Shown here: positions 19,231 through 28,402 of the stretch, piece after piece
Layout: every line of letters begins with the position of its first letter
How positions within the stretch are numbered: position 1 is the stretch's first letter
Assembly (NCBI GenBank): GCA_045863235.1
Contig: BTUM01000003.1
Span: 64,001-128,000, forward strand
Reading direction: 5' to 3'
Length of the DNA: 64,000 nucleotides
DNA from: Candidatus Xenobia bacterium
GTDB taxonomy: Bacteria > Vulcanimicrobiota > Xenobia > Xenobiales > QWHO01
Made by a program: the position numbers and the translations under genes
Notes under the pieces: generated by a model
Told to the model about the DNA's origin: nothing
Databases searched by the model: none
Seen by the model: only the letters and a program-made list of their open reading frames with translations

Positions 19231-20880
19231 ATGTCCAACGGAAGAATCCCCGTCCACTTCAACGGGGAAACCTATCAAGTGCCGGAGGGCACCTCGATCG
19301 TCGAGGTTCTGGGGCAGATCTACGTCGACGAGCACGGCGTGCTGGCCGCCACCCTGAACAACCACCTGGTCTCCCTGCACACACGGCTGGACGGTGAATC
19401 CTACCTGCAAGCCGTCACCGCCGAGCACCGGGAGGGACAGGAGATCTTGCGGCGCACGGCCGCCCACATGCTCCAGTACCTTTGCCAGACTCACTTCCCC
19501 GGGGTCCGTCTGACGGTGGGACAGTCCTTGCTGGGAGGCTACTTCTACGAGGTCGATAGCTCCGAGCCGGTCAATCTGGAAGCCATGGCATCGCGCCTGA
19601 CCACCCTGTTCCAGGAGCTCGCCGAGGCCGATGTGAGCTTTCGTCACAGTGTCGTCTCGGTGGAGGCGGTGCCCACCCGGGTGGAGGATCCCTACGGCTA
19701 TCGCAAAGGTCTTCTGCGCGCCTGGGCCAGTGCGGTGGTGCACCTGATCAGCCTTGACGGCTTTACCGATCTGCAGCATGGACCCTACGCCCCCACCACC
19801 CGACACGCCAAAGGCTGCCGTGTCATCGCCTATCCGCCCGGGCTGATCCTGCTCTTTCCGGGCTCGGTGATCACCTCGCCCATCCCCTGCGGCGTCGACT
19901 CTCGCCGCCTCTACGAGGCCTACCGCGAGACGCGCGACTGGAACCGGCTGGTGGGTGTGACCTCGGTGGGCGATCTGAACGCCGCCAGCCTCGAGGATCG
20001 CATTCCCCAGGTCGTGTTGATGGCCGAGGCCCTGCACGAGAAGAAGCTGGCCGAGATCGCCGACACCGTGACCGCCCTCGAGCAGACTCCACGCATCGTC
20101 TGCGTGGCCGGTCCTTCCTCCTCGGGCAAGACCACCTTCGTGAAGCGACTGGCGGTGCAGCTGCAGGTCAACGGGCTGAGGCCCATTCTGGTCTCCCTGG
20201 ACGACTACTACCTCGACCGCCAGCAAACCCCGCGCGATGAGCACGGCGACTTCGATTTCGAGACCATCGAGGCCCTCGACCGTGCCCTGATCGCCGAGCA
20301 GGTGGCCGCTCTGGCAGCTGGCCAGCCAGTACGGCTCCCTCGCTTCGACTTCGTACTCGGCCAGCGTAAGAACGAAGGGCTGGAAGTGCAGCTGCGGCCC
20401 CAGGACGTGCTGGTGCTGGAGGGAATCCACGCCCTCAACCCCGAGCTCTTGCCCGGGGTGAATCCCTTCCGCATCTTCGTTTCGGCTCTCACCCAGCTGG
20501 TGATCGACGAGCGCAACCGGGTCTTCACCTCGGACGCACGCCTGCTGCGCCGCCTGGTGCGCGACCGGCGCTACCGGGGCACCTCGGCGGCCGAGACCAT
20601 CGAGCGCTGGCCCAAGGTGCGAGCCGGCGAGGAACGCTGGATTTTCCCTCACCAGGAGCGGGCTGACGCCATCTTCAACTCCACCCTGGTCTACGAGACC
20701 ACGGTGCTCAAGCCGTTTGCCTGGCGCTACCTGCTGGAGGTGCCTCGCAGCCACCCTTCCCGGGTGCGGGCCTACGAGCTGTTGCACTTCCTGGACCTGT
20801 TCGTGCCCGTCTTCCCGGACCGAATTCCGGCCAACTCGGTGCTGCGCGAGTTCATCGGCGGCAGCGGATTCGAGGAGTGA
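19231..20880 (+). CDS. nucleoside (uridine) kinase with ThrRS-like N-terminal region
   Basis: RRTAAHML, GPSSSGKTT, LDDYY, EGIHALN and RRLVRD motifs. Confidence 0.9.
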   Translation: MSNGRIPVHFNGETYQVPEGTSIVEVLGQIYVDEHGVLAATLNNHLVSLHTRLDGESYLQAVTAEHREGQEILRRTAAHMLQYLCQTHFPGVRLTVGQSLLGGYFYEVDSSEPVNLEAMASRLTTLFQELAEADVSFRHSVVSVEAVPTRVEDPYGYRKGLLRAWASAVVHLISLDGFTDLQHGPYAPTTRHAKGCRVIAYPPGLILLFPGSVITSPIPCGVDSRRLYEAYRETRDWNRLVGVTSVGDLNAASLEDRIPQVVLMAEALHEKKLAEIADTVTALEQTPRIVCVAGPSSSGKTTFVKRLAVQLQVNGLRPILVSLDDYYLDRQQTPRDEHGDFDFETIEALDRALIAEQVAALAAGQPVRLPRFDFVLGQRKNEGLEVQLRPQDVLVLEGIHALNPELLPGVNPFRIFVSALTQLVIDERNRVFTSDARLLRRLVRDRRYRGTSAAETIERWPKVRAGEERWIFPHQERADAIFNSTLVYETTVLKPFAWRYLLEVPRSHPSRVRAYELLHFLDLFVPVFPDRIPANSVLREFIGGSGFEE

Positions 20881-20884
20881 TTTG

Positions 20885-22060
20885 ATGACCACCGTCGTCC
20901 TGCACGATCCGCAAGTGGCTCGCAACTTTCCCGTGCAGCTTCCGCTCGACAGCGTGGGCGCTTCGCGAGCCAATACCACCGGCTGCAAGACCTGCGGCAG
21001 CCCGCTCGAGGAAGTCTTGATCACCACCTTCAGCAGCCCTGTCTGGGACGAGTGGCCTCTGGCCGTGGATGGCTGGAGCTGCCGCACCTGCCAGAGCCTG
21101 CAGCTGCCTCGCTTTCTGGAGGCCGAGGAGGTCGAGCGGCTGAGCTCGGAAGGGGCCCAGGCCGTGCGCTCGGGCCACTTTGCGGAAGCCGAGCTGGCCT
21201 TCCGCCGCATCTGCAACAGCTGGCCCCGCTACGGGCCGGGCCGTGAGAACCTGGCCCGGGCCCTGCAGTACTGGCTGGCCCACGAAGAGGAGTCAGGCCG
21301 GGAAGCGCTCGTGAGCCGGCTGGCCGGCGAGATCGAGCGCCAACTGCGCGACGCTCTGGAAGGCGACGGCCTGGCTTCGCGCCTGTCGGTCGTGTCCGGT
21401 CTGGTCAACTGCCTGCTGCGCCGCGAGGACACGGCTGCCGCCCTGGCCCTGCTCGCCCAGGAGCTGTCGCGCCCCGAAGCCGAGAGCTCAAAGCTCCAGG
21501 AGCTGCGGGTCTGGGTCGAGGACCGGGGCGACCTTTACCATCGCGGGGTGGCCCTGCTCGAGCCTCGCATCGCGCTCCACGAGCGTCCTCAGGATGGCGG
21601 CCAGGCTCAGATCAAGCAGGGCATCGCGCTGCTCGAGCGTCACCTCGAGGCTGCTCCCGAGAACTGGCCGGCCATGTGGTTCGCGGGCAAGGGCTACCAG
21701 GCCCTGGGCCAGAACGAACGGGCCCTGGAGCATTTCCGGCGCTGCCTGGCCCTCAAGGCCGACCAGAGCGACGTGGCCCGCGAGTGCGCCATCACGCTGA
21801 TGAAGCTGGGTCGCTTCGCCGAGGCCATCGAAGTCTCGCGCCAGGCCTGCCAGAGCGAGCCCGGAGAGGGCGGCCTGCAGGCCAACCTGGCCATCGCCTG
21901 CCTGCTGGGCGGTCAGCTCGAGCCGGCTCTGGAGGCTGCCCGCCGGGCAGTCGAGCTGGATGGCTCGGACGCGATCAGCGCCAGCGTGCTCAAGCTGGTG
22001 CAGGACGTGCGCGAAGGGCGGCTGCCGCCACCCACCTCGGCCGCCCAACTGGGGTTCTAG
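20885..22060 (+). CDS. TPR protein with N-terminal CxxC..CxxC zinc motif
   Basis: CKTC and CRTC motifs followed by TPR helices. Confidence 0.75.
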   Translation: MTTVVLHDPQVARNFPVQLPLDSVGASRANTTGCKTCGSPLEEVLITTFSSPVWDEWPLAVDGWSCRTCQSLQLPRFLEAEEVERLSSEGAQAVRSGHFAEAELAFRRICNSWPRYGPGRENLARALQYWLAHEEESGREALVSRLAGEIERQLRDALEGDGLASRLSVVSGLVNCLLRREDTAAALALLAQELSRPEAESSKLQELRVWVEDRGDLYHRGVALLEPRIALHERPQDGGQAQIKQGIALLERHLEAAPENWPAMWFAGKGYQALGQNERALEHFRRCLALKADQSDVARECAITLMKLGRFAEAIEVSRQACQSEPGEGGLQANLAIACLLGGQLEPALEAARRAVELDGSDAISASVLKLVQDVREGRLPPPTSAAQLGF

Positions 22061-22265
22061 AGGCCCCCGAGAGCGTGGACCGGACTTCCAGTTAGCGATT
22101 GCCTGGATCCAGGCAGTCTGCACAGCCCTCCGCGAAGGAGTTTGCCGCCAGATCGGACCAGCGAGTTCAGCCTTCAAACTGACTCAAAACAGATCCCCGA
22201 CCGACACATTCTGGAAGTAGAATCGGCTGGTGCGCAACAGCTTGATCTACTTGGATTGTTCTTCG

Positions 22266-23225
22266 ATGGGCTCTGCCGTGCGGCGACGGAAGCGCTGGCT
22301 GGCAGCGCTCGTGCTGCTCGGATTGATCTATTTGGTGGTCAGCCTGATCGACCTGTATCGAGGCCCGTTGCGGCACCGCCCTCTTCAGGTCGGCCACAAC
22401 GCCGTCTGGCTGGCCCACCGGTTCTTCGACGACCGCGACCGCAACAAGGTCAGCGGCCTCGAGTTGCGGGAACTGGCTGGGCGCGTGAAAGAGCACAACC
22501 TGGAGTATCTCTTTGTCCACGTGGGACCGCTCGACTCCCAGGGCGCCATTCCATCCTATCGGTCCGAGCATTTCCAGCGGGTGAAGTCACAGGTGCCCGG
22601 GACGCGTTGGTTGGCATGGGTGGGTGGACTCAACGCAGACTTCGAGGGACGCGCCCAGGATACCGTGGACCTGACGTTGCCCGAGACACGGACCGGAATC
22701 GCCCGAACGGTCCGCGAGCTCTATGCGGCAGGCTTCGACGGCATCCACTACGACATCGAGCCGGTTCGTGACGGCGATAGGAGCTTTCTGGCTTTGCTGG
22801 ATGAGACTCCCCGCGACGGCATTCTGTCGGTGGCCACGCCTCACATGCGGCCCCCGGGAGCCTGGCCCGTGCCTCCGTTCGAGCGGATGTGGACCGCCGG
22901 CTACTACGGCGAGGTGTCCCGGCGCTGCGATCAGGTCGTCTACATGGGCTACGACAGTGCCCAGCCCTCCGCCGAAGCCTACGCCCGCTGGATGCGCTGG
23001 CAGGTGCTCTCGCTCAAAGCCTGCCTGGAATCGCAGGAACTGCTGATCGGCGTTCCGACCTACGATGAGGAGAGCACGCTGGTGCACAACCCGCAGGCGG
23101 AGACACTGGCGGCCGCGTTGTGGGGTATCAGCTCAGCCGGCCCGGTTGATGGCGTGGCCCTGTATGCTCACTGGACCACGACTCCCTCGGAATGGGACAC
23201 TCTGGCCGGCTTTCGCGGGAAATAG
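22266..23225 (+). CDS. membrane-anchored GH18-like glycoside hydrolase
   Basis: N-terminal TM segment; GFDGIHYDIE, MGYD and IGVPTY motifs. Confidence 0.7.
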   Translation: MGSAVRRRKRWLAALVLLGLIYLVVSLIDLYRGPLRHRPLQVGHNAVWLAHRFFDDRDRNKVSGLELRELAGRVKEHNLEYLFVHVGPLDSQGAIPSYRSEHFQRVKSQVPGTRWLAWVGGLNADFEGRAQDTVDLTLPETRTGIARTVRELYAAGFDGIHYDIEPVRDGDRSFLALLDETPRDGILSVATPHMRPPGAWPVPPFERMWTAGYYGEVSRRCDQVVYMGYDSAQPSAEAYARWMRWQVLSLKACLESQELLIGVPTYDEESTLVHNPQAETLAAALWGISSAGPVDGVALYAHWTTTPSEWDTLAGFRGK

Positions 23226-23272
23226 ACCCTCCTGGCCGGAGCTCGTGCCTGGGCAGTCTTTACCGGTTCTGA

Positions 23273-23324
23273 CCCGGTACCGCCCTGATTCCGGCGTATA
23301 CCCCGGAGTCAGCCCGGTACCGGG
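23273..23324. repeat. intergenic imperfect palindrome (REP-like)
   Basis: CCCGGTACCG-CC-CTGATTCCGG-CGTATACC-CCGGAGTCAG-CC-CGGTACCGGG. Confidence 0.6.
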
Positions 23325-23464
23325 AGATTACTGCGTAAACTCCTCGGATTTCCGCGTGACTGCTTACGGACTCAACCCCCGATGGTACGTGGCGGGCCAG
23401 TTTTTCGAAGAAAGTACACAACTTCTCCATCCCCGGGCGAACCGCTCCGCCTATACTGCCACCC

Positions 23465-24982
23465 ATGCAGATCGCATCCAGGCTGGCCAGCATGGCCCCG
23501 CCAGGGGCCCGTCCCACGCTGGTTCGCCCGCAAGAGCAGAGCGAGCCGGTGGATCGCGTGCAGCTCAGCTCCCGTGAAGCCGAGCCTGGCCGCAAGATCC
23601 ACCCGGCCGTGGGCCTGGCCACCGGGCTGATGGCCGCCCTGTCTCTGGCCGGGGCGCTGGCCGCGCCGGCCCAGGCCGGGGCCTGGAACCAGCCGGTGGC
23701 GGCCCAGTCCTTCGAGTTCGACCAGTTCGGACACGGGGGCAGCAAGCTCCAGTTCCCGGGCCACGGCATCGAGCACCATCACGGCGGCAACTGGGACCGC
23801 GAGACGGTGGAGGGCGGCTGGCGCATCCCCCGCAACGAGAGCCCCATTCGGGTGCAGCCCCGGCACGCCTACCAGGTGAGCGTGGGGACCTCCGACATGG
23901 GGCCGGCCCGCGTGCTCGACAACACCCGCGGGCGCATCCAGGCCGTGCGCCTGCAGTGGCCGGCCGAGTCCGACCCGCGGGCAGCCCGGGCCCACGAGGC
24001 GATGTTCCGCGACCTGCTCACCAAGTTGCCCACTGATGTGCGCTTCGAGATCGTGGTCGAATCGGGTGGGGAGTCAGCTTTGCGCCAGCTGATCGCCCAG
24101 AGCCGGGTGACCAATCCCGAGCGCATCGAGCTGCACACCATGGGCCTTCGCTCCAGCCGCGAGGAGCTCTACCAGGGCATGAGCATGTGGTCGCGCGACG
24201 GGGCGGTGGTGCTCACGCGCGAGTCGGACGGACGCGAGGTGGTGCTCCTCCCCCACTCGTTCCGCAACGACGGCAAAGTGGACGAGTACCTCAACCGGAT
24301 CATCTGGCAGGGAACCGGGGCCGCTCCGGCCAGCCTGGTGAACCATCCCGGCATCCTGGTGCGCCGCTCCACGCTCGACTTCGAGGGCGGCAACGTGGTG
24401 GCCAACGGACGCCACGTGCTGCTCAGCCACGACACCATCTCCGACAACGCCCGCCGGCTCAATCTCACCTCTGAGCAAGTGGTGGCGCGCTTTGAAACCG
24501 AGTTCGGGCGCCAGGTGATCGTGGCCAACGAGACCGACTTTCACCTCGACCTGGGGGTTGGCTTCCTGGACGACCACACCGTCACCGTGGCCTCCCCGGC
24601 CCTGGCCCGGAGCGTGAGCGGGTTGCCCGCAAGCGAGCTGGAGACCATGCGCGAGGTGACCCGCGAGAAAGACCTGCAGGGCCGCTACGACCGACTGGCC
24701 GAGACGCTGGCTCAGAAGGGCTACCGGGTGGTGCGCATGCCCAACCTGGGCGGGCGCAGCCTCTCCAGCCCCTACCTGACCTACCAGAACGTGCTGATCG
24801 AGAGCTACCAGGGGGTCAAGCGGGTCTACATGCCCGTCTACGGGGCCAGCACCGACCGGGCCGCGCGCCAGGCTTACGAGGCGGAGGGGTTCGAGGTGGT
24901 GGAGATTCCGGCTGCCCTGCTCTCGACCCGGCTCGGAGGCGGCATCCGCTGCGCCGTGGGCGAGTTGGACATCCTCCAGTAA
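23465..24982 (+). CDS. pentein-fold (amidinotransferase/agmatine-peptidylarginine deiminase-like) exported protein
   Basis: WSRD, FEGGNV, FHLD and GGGIRC catalytic-type motifs; N-terminal DRVQLS then a hydrophobic segment; TATACT 7 nt upstream. Confidence 0.75.
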   Translation: MQIASRLASMAPPGARPTLVRPQEQSEPVDRVQLSSREAEPGRKIHPAVGLATGLMAALSLAGALAAPAQAGAWNQPVAAQSFEFDQFGHGGSKLQFPGHGIEHHHGGNWDRETVEGGWRIPRNESPIRVQPRHAYQVSVGTSDMGPARVLDNTRGRIQAVRLQWPAESDPRAARAHEAMFRDLLTKLPTDVRFEIVVESGGESALRQLIAQSRVTNPERIELHTMGLRSSREELYQGMSMWSRDGAVVLTRESDGREVVLLPHSFRNDGKVDEYLNRIIWQGTGAAPASLVNHPGILVRRSTLDFEGGNVVANGRHVLLSHDTISDNARRLNLTSEQVVARFETEFGRQVIVANETDFHLDLGVGFLDDHTVTVASPALARSVSGLPASELETMREVTREKDLQGRYDRLAETLAQKGYRVVRMPNLGGRSLSSPYLTYQNVLIESYQGVKRVYMPVYGASTDRAARQAYEAEGFEVVEIPAALLSTRLGGGIRCAVGELDILQ

Positions 24983-25000
24983 TGTGTTGGGCGTTACGTA

Positions 25001-25073
25001 CTGAAGGTTTTGCCTTTCCTTCGGAGGCGCCTCCATACAAGTCTGTCGGCGCCAGTTACTGCAAAACCTTCAG
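25001..25073. repeat. 73-bp element with 13-bp terminal inverted repeats (MITE/REP-like)
   Basis: CTGAAGGTTTTGC ... GCAAAACCTTCAG between convergent genes. Confidence 0.55.
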
Positions 25074-25088
25074 CACTCCACTTTGATC

Positions 25089-25697
25089 TTAGAAGAGCGA
25101 GCGCTTGTCTTCCATGGGACGCTTGGGCACCCTGATCCCACCCACGACGACCGCGTTGGACTGCTCGCTGACCCCGCCCGGCGTGGGAGGCTTCAAGAGG
25201 CGTTGCAGCTCGTCGATCTGAGCTTCCTCCTTGCGCAGGGCGGCCTCGGCTTCGTGCATCTGAGCCACTGCCCCCTGGTGGGCCGCTGCCAGGGACGTGA
25301 CCTGGCCCTGCTGGGCGTAAAAGCGATTGACCAGCGCGTCGTGCTCGGCTCGCATTCGAGGACCCTTGACCTTCCAGGTCTCGATGCCCACGACGCAGGC
25401 GGCGCAGGTGGCAAAGCCCACCAGGCTGATGCCCGCCAGCCAGGGATTGTGCAGAATGACGCCGGCGTTGACGGTGCCCATGCCCACCATGAAACTGCCC
25501 ATCCCAACCATGGGCATCAAGTTGCGCACCTTCACCCAGCGATTGATCTTGTTGGCCTGCTTGTCAGCCTCGGCCGCCTTCTGGTTGCAGCTGATGGTGG
25601 CTTGGTCGACCGCCTGACGCTTCTCCTCGACGTTGCGAGCAGCCCGAGCATACGCTTCGCGAAGGGTATCAAGGTTGGCTGTGGCGGTAACCTTCAT
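25089..25697 (-). CDS. coiled-coil/two-TM protein with near-C-terminal VGGIR motif
   Basis: 202 aa; hydrophobic hairpin flanked by coiled coils; VSEQSNAVVVGGIRVPKR. Confidence 0.8.
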   Translation of the reverse strand: MKVTATANLDTLREAYARAARNVEEKRQAVDQATISCNQKAAEADKQANKINRWVKVRNLMPMVGMGSFMVGMGTVNAGVILHNPWLAGISLVGFATCAACVVGIETWKVKGPRMRAEHDALVNRFYAQQGQVTSLAAAHQGAVAQMHEAEAALRKEEAQIDELQRLLKPPTPGGVSEQSNAVVVGGIRVPKRPMEDKRSLF

Positions 25698-25706
25698 CGT
25701 GCCAGC

Positions 25707-25737
25707 AGACTACCTCTGCCGGCTCAAAGAATCCTGA
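25707..25737 (-). promoter_or_regulatory. shared upstream box plus -10 of tagged gene 25697
   Basis: Minus strand TCAGGATTCTTTGAG-N10-TAGTCT-N9-ATG. Confidence 0.6.
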
Positions 25738-25780
25738 ACCTCGAGGCGTGGCACGGAAGGCCGCTTCGTCGCGCGGCGCC

Positions 25781-26599
25781 TTAAGCCGGGCGCAGCTCGG
25801 TCGAGTTCAGCGGGCCGGGCGGGTCGATGCTGACGCTGCCCAGTCCCAGGCTGATCTCGGTGGTGTTGAACCAGCGCGGGGGATCGATGCTGATGCGCTG
25901 ATCCTCCACGGTAATCTTCGTGCTGTTGAAGAGCCCGGGCGGATCCACCGTGATGGTGCCGTTCTCGTGGTGAATGGAGGTGTCACGGCTCCAGCCGCGC
26001 TTGTCCAGCGTCCAGCCGTTCTCGTCCTGGCGCAGCTTGTGGGCGTAGGTGGAGCCGCTGGCCTGGATGGTCCAGCCCTCGGTGCCTTTGGTCAGCTGGA
26101 TCTCGTTGTAGAGACCGGCCGGGTCGATCAGAACGGAGTTGCCGTTCCTGGTGATGCGAGTGTCCTGCGCCAGGCCCGGGCGATTGATGCGGATGCTGTT
26201 CTCGTCCTGGCTGATGGAGGTGGAGTTGACCATGCCGGGGGGATTGATCTCGGTCGGGCTGACCGAGGTGTCGTTGAGCGGGCCCTGGGGATCGATCACG
26301 TAATTGGGGCTGCCCAGAGCCGTCTCGATGGGAGCGTAGAAGGCCAGGAACGGCACCATGCTGAGGTTGCCGTGCAGGTCATAGAAGAGCCCGTCGCCGA
26401 TGTGCACGCCGTGGGGCGAGCGCTCCACCGGCACCAGCTGGCCGTCCTTGACCTCGGTACGGCGCACGATGTCGATCTTGCCCAGCAGATCGGGCGCGTA
26501 GGCCATCTGGAACCCGTCCTGGGGATCTCGACGAAAAGTGGGAGCCGGCGGAGCCGGGGCAGGGGCCTGGGGAGGCGGAGCGGTGGCTGAAATGAGCAT
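25781..26599 (-). CDS. beta-repeat protein (IDPPGxxNxTxI repeats)
   Basis: Pro-rich N-terminus; about 9 repeats of roughly 20 aa; TACACT 6 nt upstream. Confidence 0.75.
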   Translation of the reverse strand: MLISATAPPPQAPAPAPPAPTFRRDPQDGFQMAYAPDLLGKIDIVRRTEVKDGQLVPVERSPHGVHIGDGLFYDLHGNLSMVPFLAFYAPIETALGSPNYVIDPQGPLNDTSVSPTEINPPGMVNSTSISQDENSIRINRPGLAQDTRITRNGNSVLIDPAGLYNEIQLTKGTEGWTIQASGSTYAHKLRQDENGWTLDKRGWSRDTSIHHENGTITVDPPGLFNSTKITVEDQRISIDPPRWFNTTEISLGLGSVSIDPPGPLNSTELRPA

Positions 26600-26647
26600 G
26601 CCCGGAGTGTAGTCAACTGGCCTGCCGGGGGCGTTGCCGGAATGTTG

Positions 26648-28402
26648 CTACTCCACCAGCAAGAGCCGCTCGGCCAGCTCGAAGCAATCCACCGGCCAGT
26701 AAACGGCCGGACGCGGCCTCTTGCAGCCGGCGTAGTCGCGATGGGGCCGGCAGCTCAGGATGCTGCGAATCCATTGCCCGGGCACCCCCGAGCGGCCCAG
26801 GTGGGAGCCGAGCAAGGCGCCGCAGATGGCCGCGTTGGTGTCGGTGTCGCCGCCGCGGCGCACCGTCTCGACCAGCGCCTCCTCCAGGGTGGGGGTGGTC
26901 AGCAGGTGGTGGAAGGCATTCATCAGCGCGATACGCACCCAGCCCATCTGGTGCTGGAACTCGGCCGGCGGCGCCTGGCGAGCTTGCTCGAGCCATTCGC
27001 GCACGGCGTCTGTGGCCTGTCCGAGAGCCGCGGCGTGCATGGCCTCGCGACTCTCCCCCCGCAGGCCTGCCTGGATTGCCGCGACATAGGAGCGGCAGGC
27101 AGTCACGCAAGCCGGGTGGGGATGAGTGAGGGAGCTATCCTCCTCGGCAAAGTCGCAGGCCCGCGCATCGCGCAGCAAGCCCATCGGGGCCATCCGCATC
27201 AGCGAGCCGTTGGCCTGGCTGCGGGGGTCGGGCCGACCCTGCAGGCCCGATGCGGTCGTGCGGCCGATGTCGAAAGGGGGCGTGAGCAGCCAGTCCTGGT
27301 AGGCCGAATAGGCCCGGGTGAACGAATAGCCACCCCGCTCGAGGATAGAGCGAGCCAGCGCCAGGGCCATCTCCGAGTCATCGGTGGGCTGGCCGGCCAG
27401 GGTGTTCCAGCGCCCTCCATCCTCCAGCTTGCGCGGATGCCCCTCCCGGTAACGCCCCGCGATGGAGGCGGCCGTCTCGAACTCCACCAGGGCTCCCAGC
27501 GAGTCCCCGGCCAGCTGGCCCAGCAGGCAGCCCTGGGCCCGGTCGAGCAGACCGGGGTCGGCGATGGTCTGACCTGGCATCAGGCGGGTCGGAAACAGGG
27601 ACGTGCTCTCCTCGGCCGAGCGGGCCATCACCTGATCGAAGTCGCGCGAGCACAGCTCGCGAGCCCCCGCAAAGCAGCGCCGCCACTGGCCCTCGGCCTG
27701 ATCCGAGTAGGTCAGCGGCTGACCGGCGGGGTCGTAGAGCTCGCCCCCGGCCGCCCGCAAGAGCGCGTGGCCGCCCACCACGTCCACGGCCCGCGGGTTC
27801 TGCAGCGACACGCCGCCGTCGGCCTCGCCAGCAGCCACCAGGGCCAGCCGGTAGGCCACACTGGGCATGGCCCGAATGCGGGCCGGGGACACGGCGCGCA
27901 GGTTGGCGCCGGGCTTCTTGTCGGCGCTCTGGGAAACGATCACCACGCTCTGCGGGCCCAGCGGGTCCCAACAGCGACGCGGCACGAGCTGGCCGTTGCG
28001 GGTCAGCGGCTCGCCCACCAGGCCGGCGATCATGTCCCCCCGGTCATCGGGATAGGTGGGCGAGTACACCACGCCCAGCACCGGGCGGCCTCGCTGGAGC
28101 AGCCCGATGGATACGGTGCTGCCCCGAAAGCCGAGCTGGAAGGCGGCGGTGCCGTCCTGCGGGTCGACCACCCACCAGTGCTCGGGATCGCTGCCGGCCT
28201 GCGCCCCGGTCTCCTCGCCCCGGTAGCCCCACTCGGGAAAGGCGGCGGTGAGACGGGCACGAATCAGCTCCTCGGCCTCGTGGTCGATGGGGGCGTGGCC
28301 CGCCGAGCCCCTCGGGCCGGCGTGGAACTCCTGCCGGATCATCTCGCCGGCCTCGCGCGCGACCTCCACGGCCAGCGCCAGGGCTCTGGAAAGGTCAGCC
28401 AG
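26648..28402 (-). CDS. inositol monophosphatase-family / ADP-ribosylglycohydrolase fusion
   Basis: GEE and WVVDPQDGT (IMPase); GDSLG, PTDDSEM, NGSLMR and GGDTDTN (ARH). Start is either GTG 28369 or CTG 28402. Confidence 0.9.
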   Translation of the reverse strand: MADLSRALALAVEVAREAGEMIRQEFHAGPRGSAGHAPIDHEAEELIRARLTAAFPEWGYRGEETGAQAGSDPEHWWVVDPQDGTAAFQLGFRGSTVSIGLLQRGRPVLGVVYSPTYPDDRGDMIAGLVGEPLTRNGQLVPRRCWDPLGPQSVVIVSQSADKKPGANLRAVSPARIRAMPSVAYRLALVAAGEADGGVSLQNPRAVDVVGGHALLRAAGGELYDPAGQPLTYSDQAEGQWRRCFAGARELCSRDFDQVMARSAEESTSLFPTRLMPGQTIADPGLLDRAQGCLLGQLAGDSLGALVEFETAASIAGRYREGHPRKLEDGGRWNTLAGQPTDDSEMALALARSILERGGYSFTRAYSAYQDWLLTPPFDIGRTTASGLQGRPDPRSQANGSLMRMAPMGLLRDARACDFAEEDSSLTHPHPACVTACRSYVAAIQAGLRGESREAMHAAALGQATDAVREWLEQARQAPPAEFQHQMGWVRIALMNAFHHLLTTPTLEEALVETVRRGGDTDTNAAICGALLGSHLGRSGVPGQWIRSILSCRPHRDYAGCKRPRPAVYWPVDCFELAERLLLVE

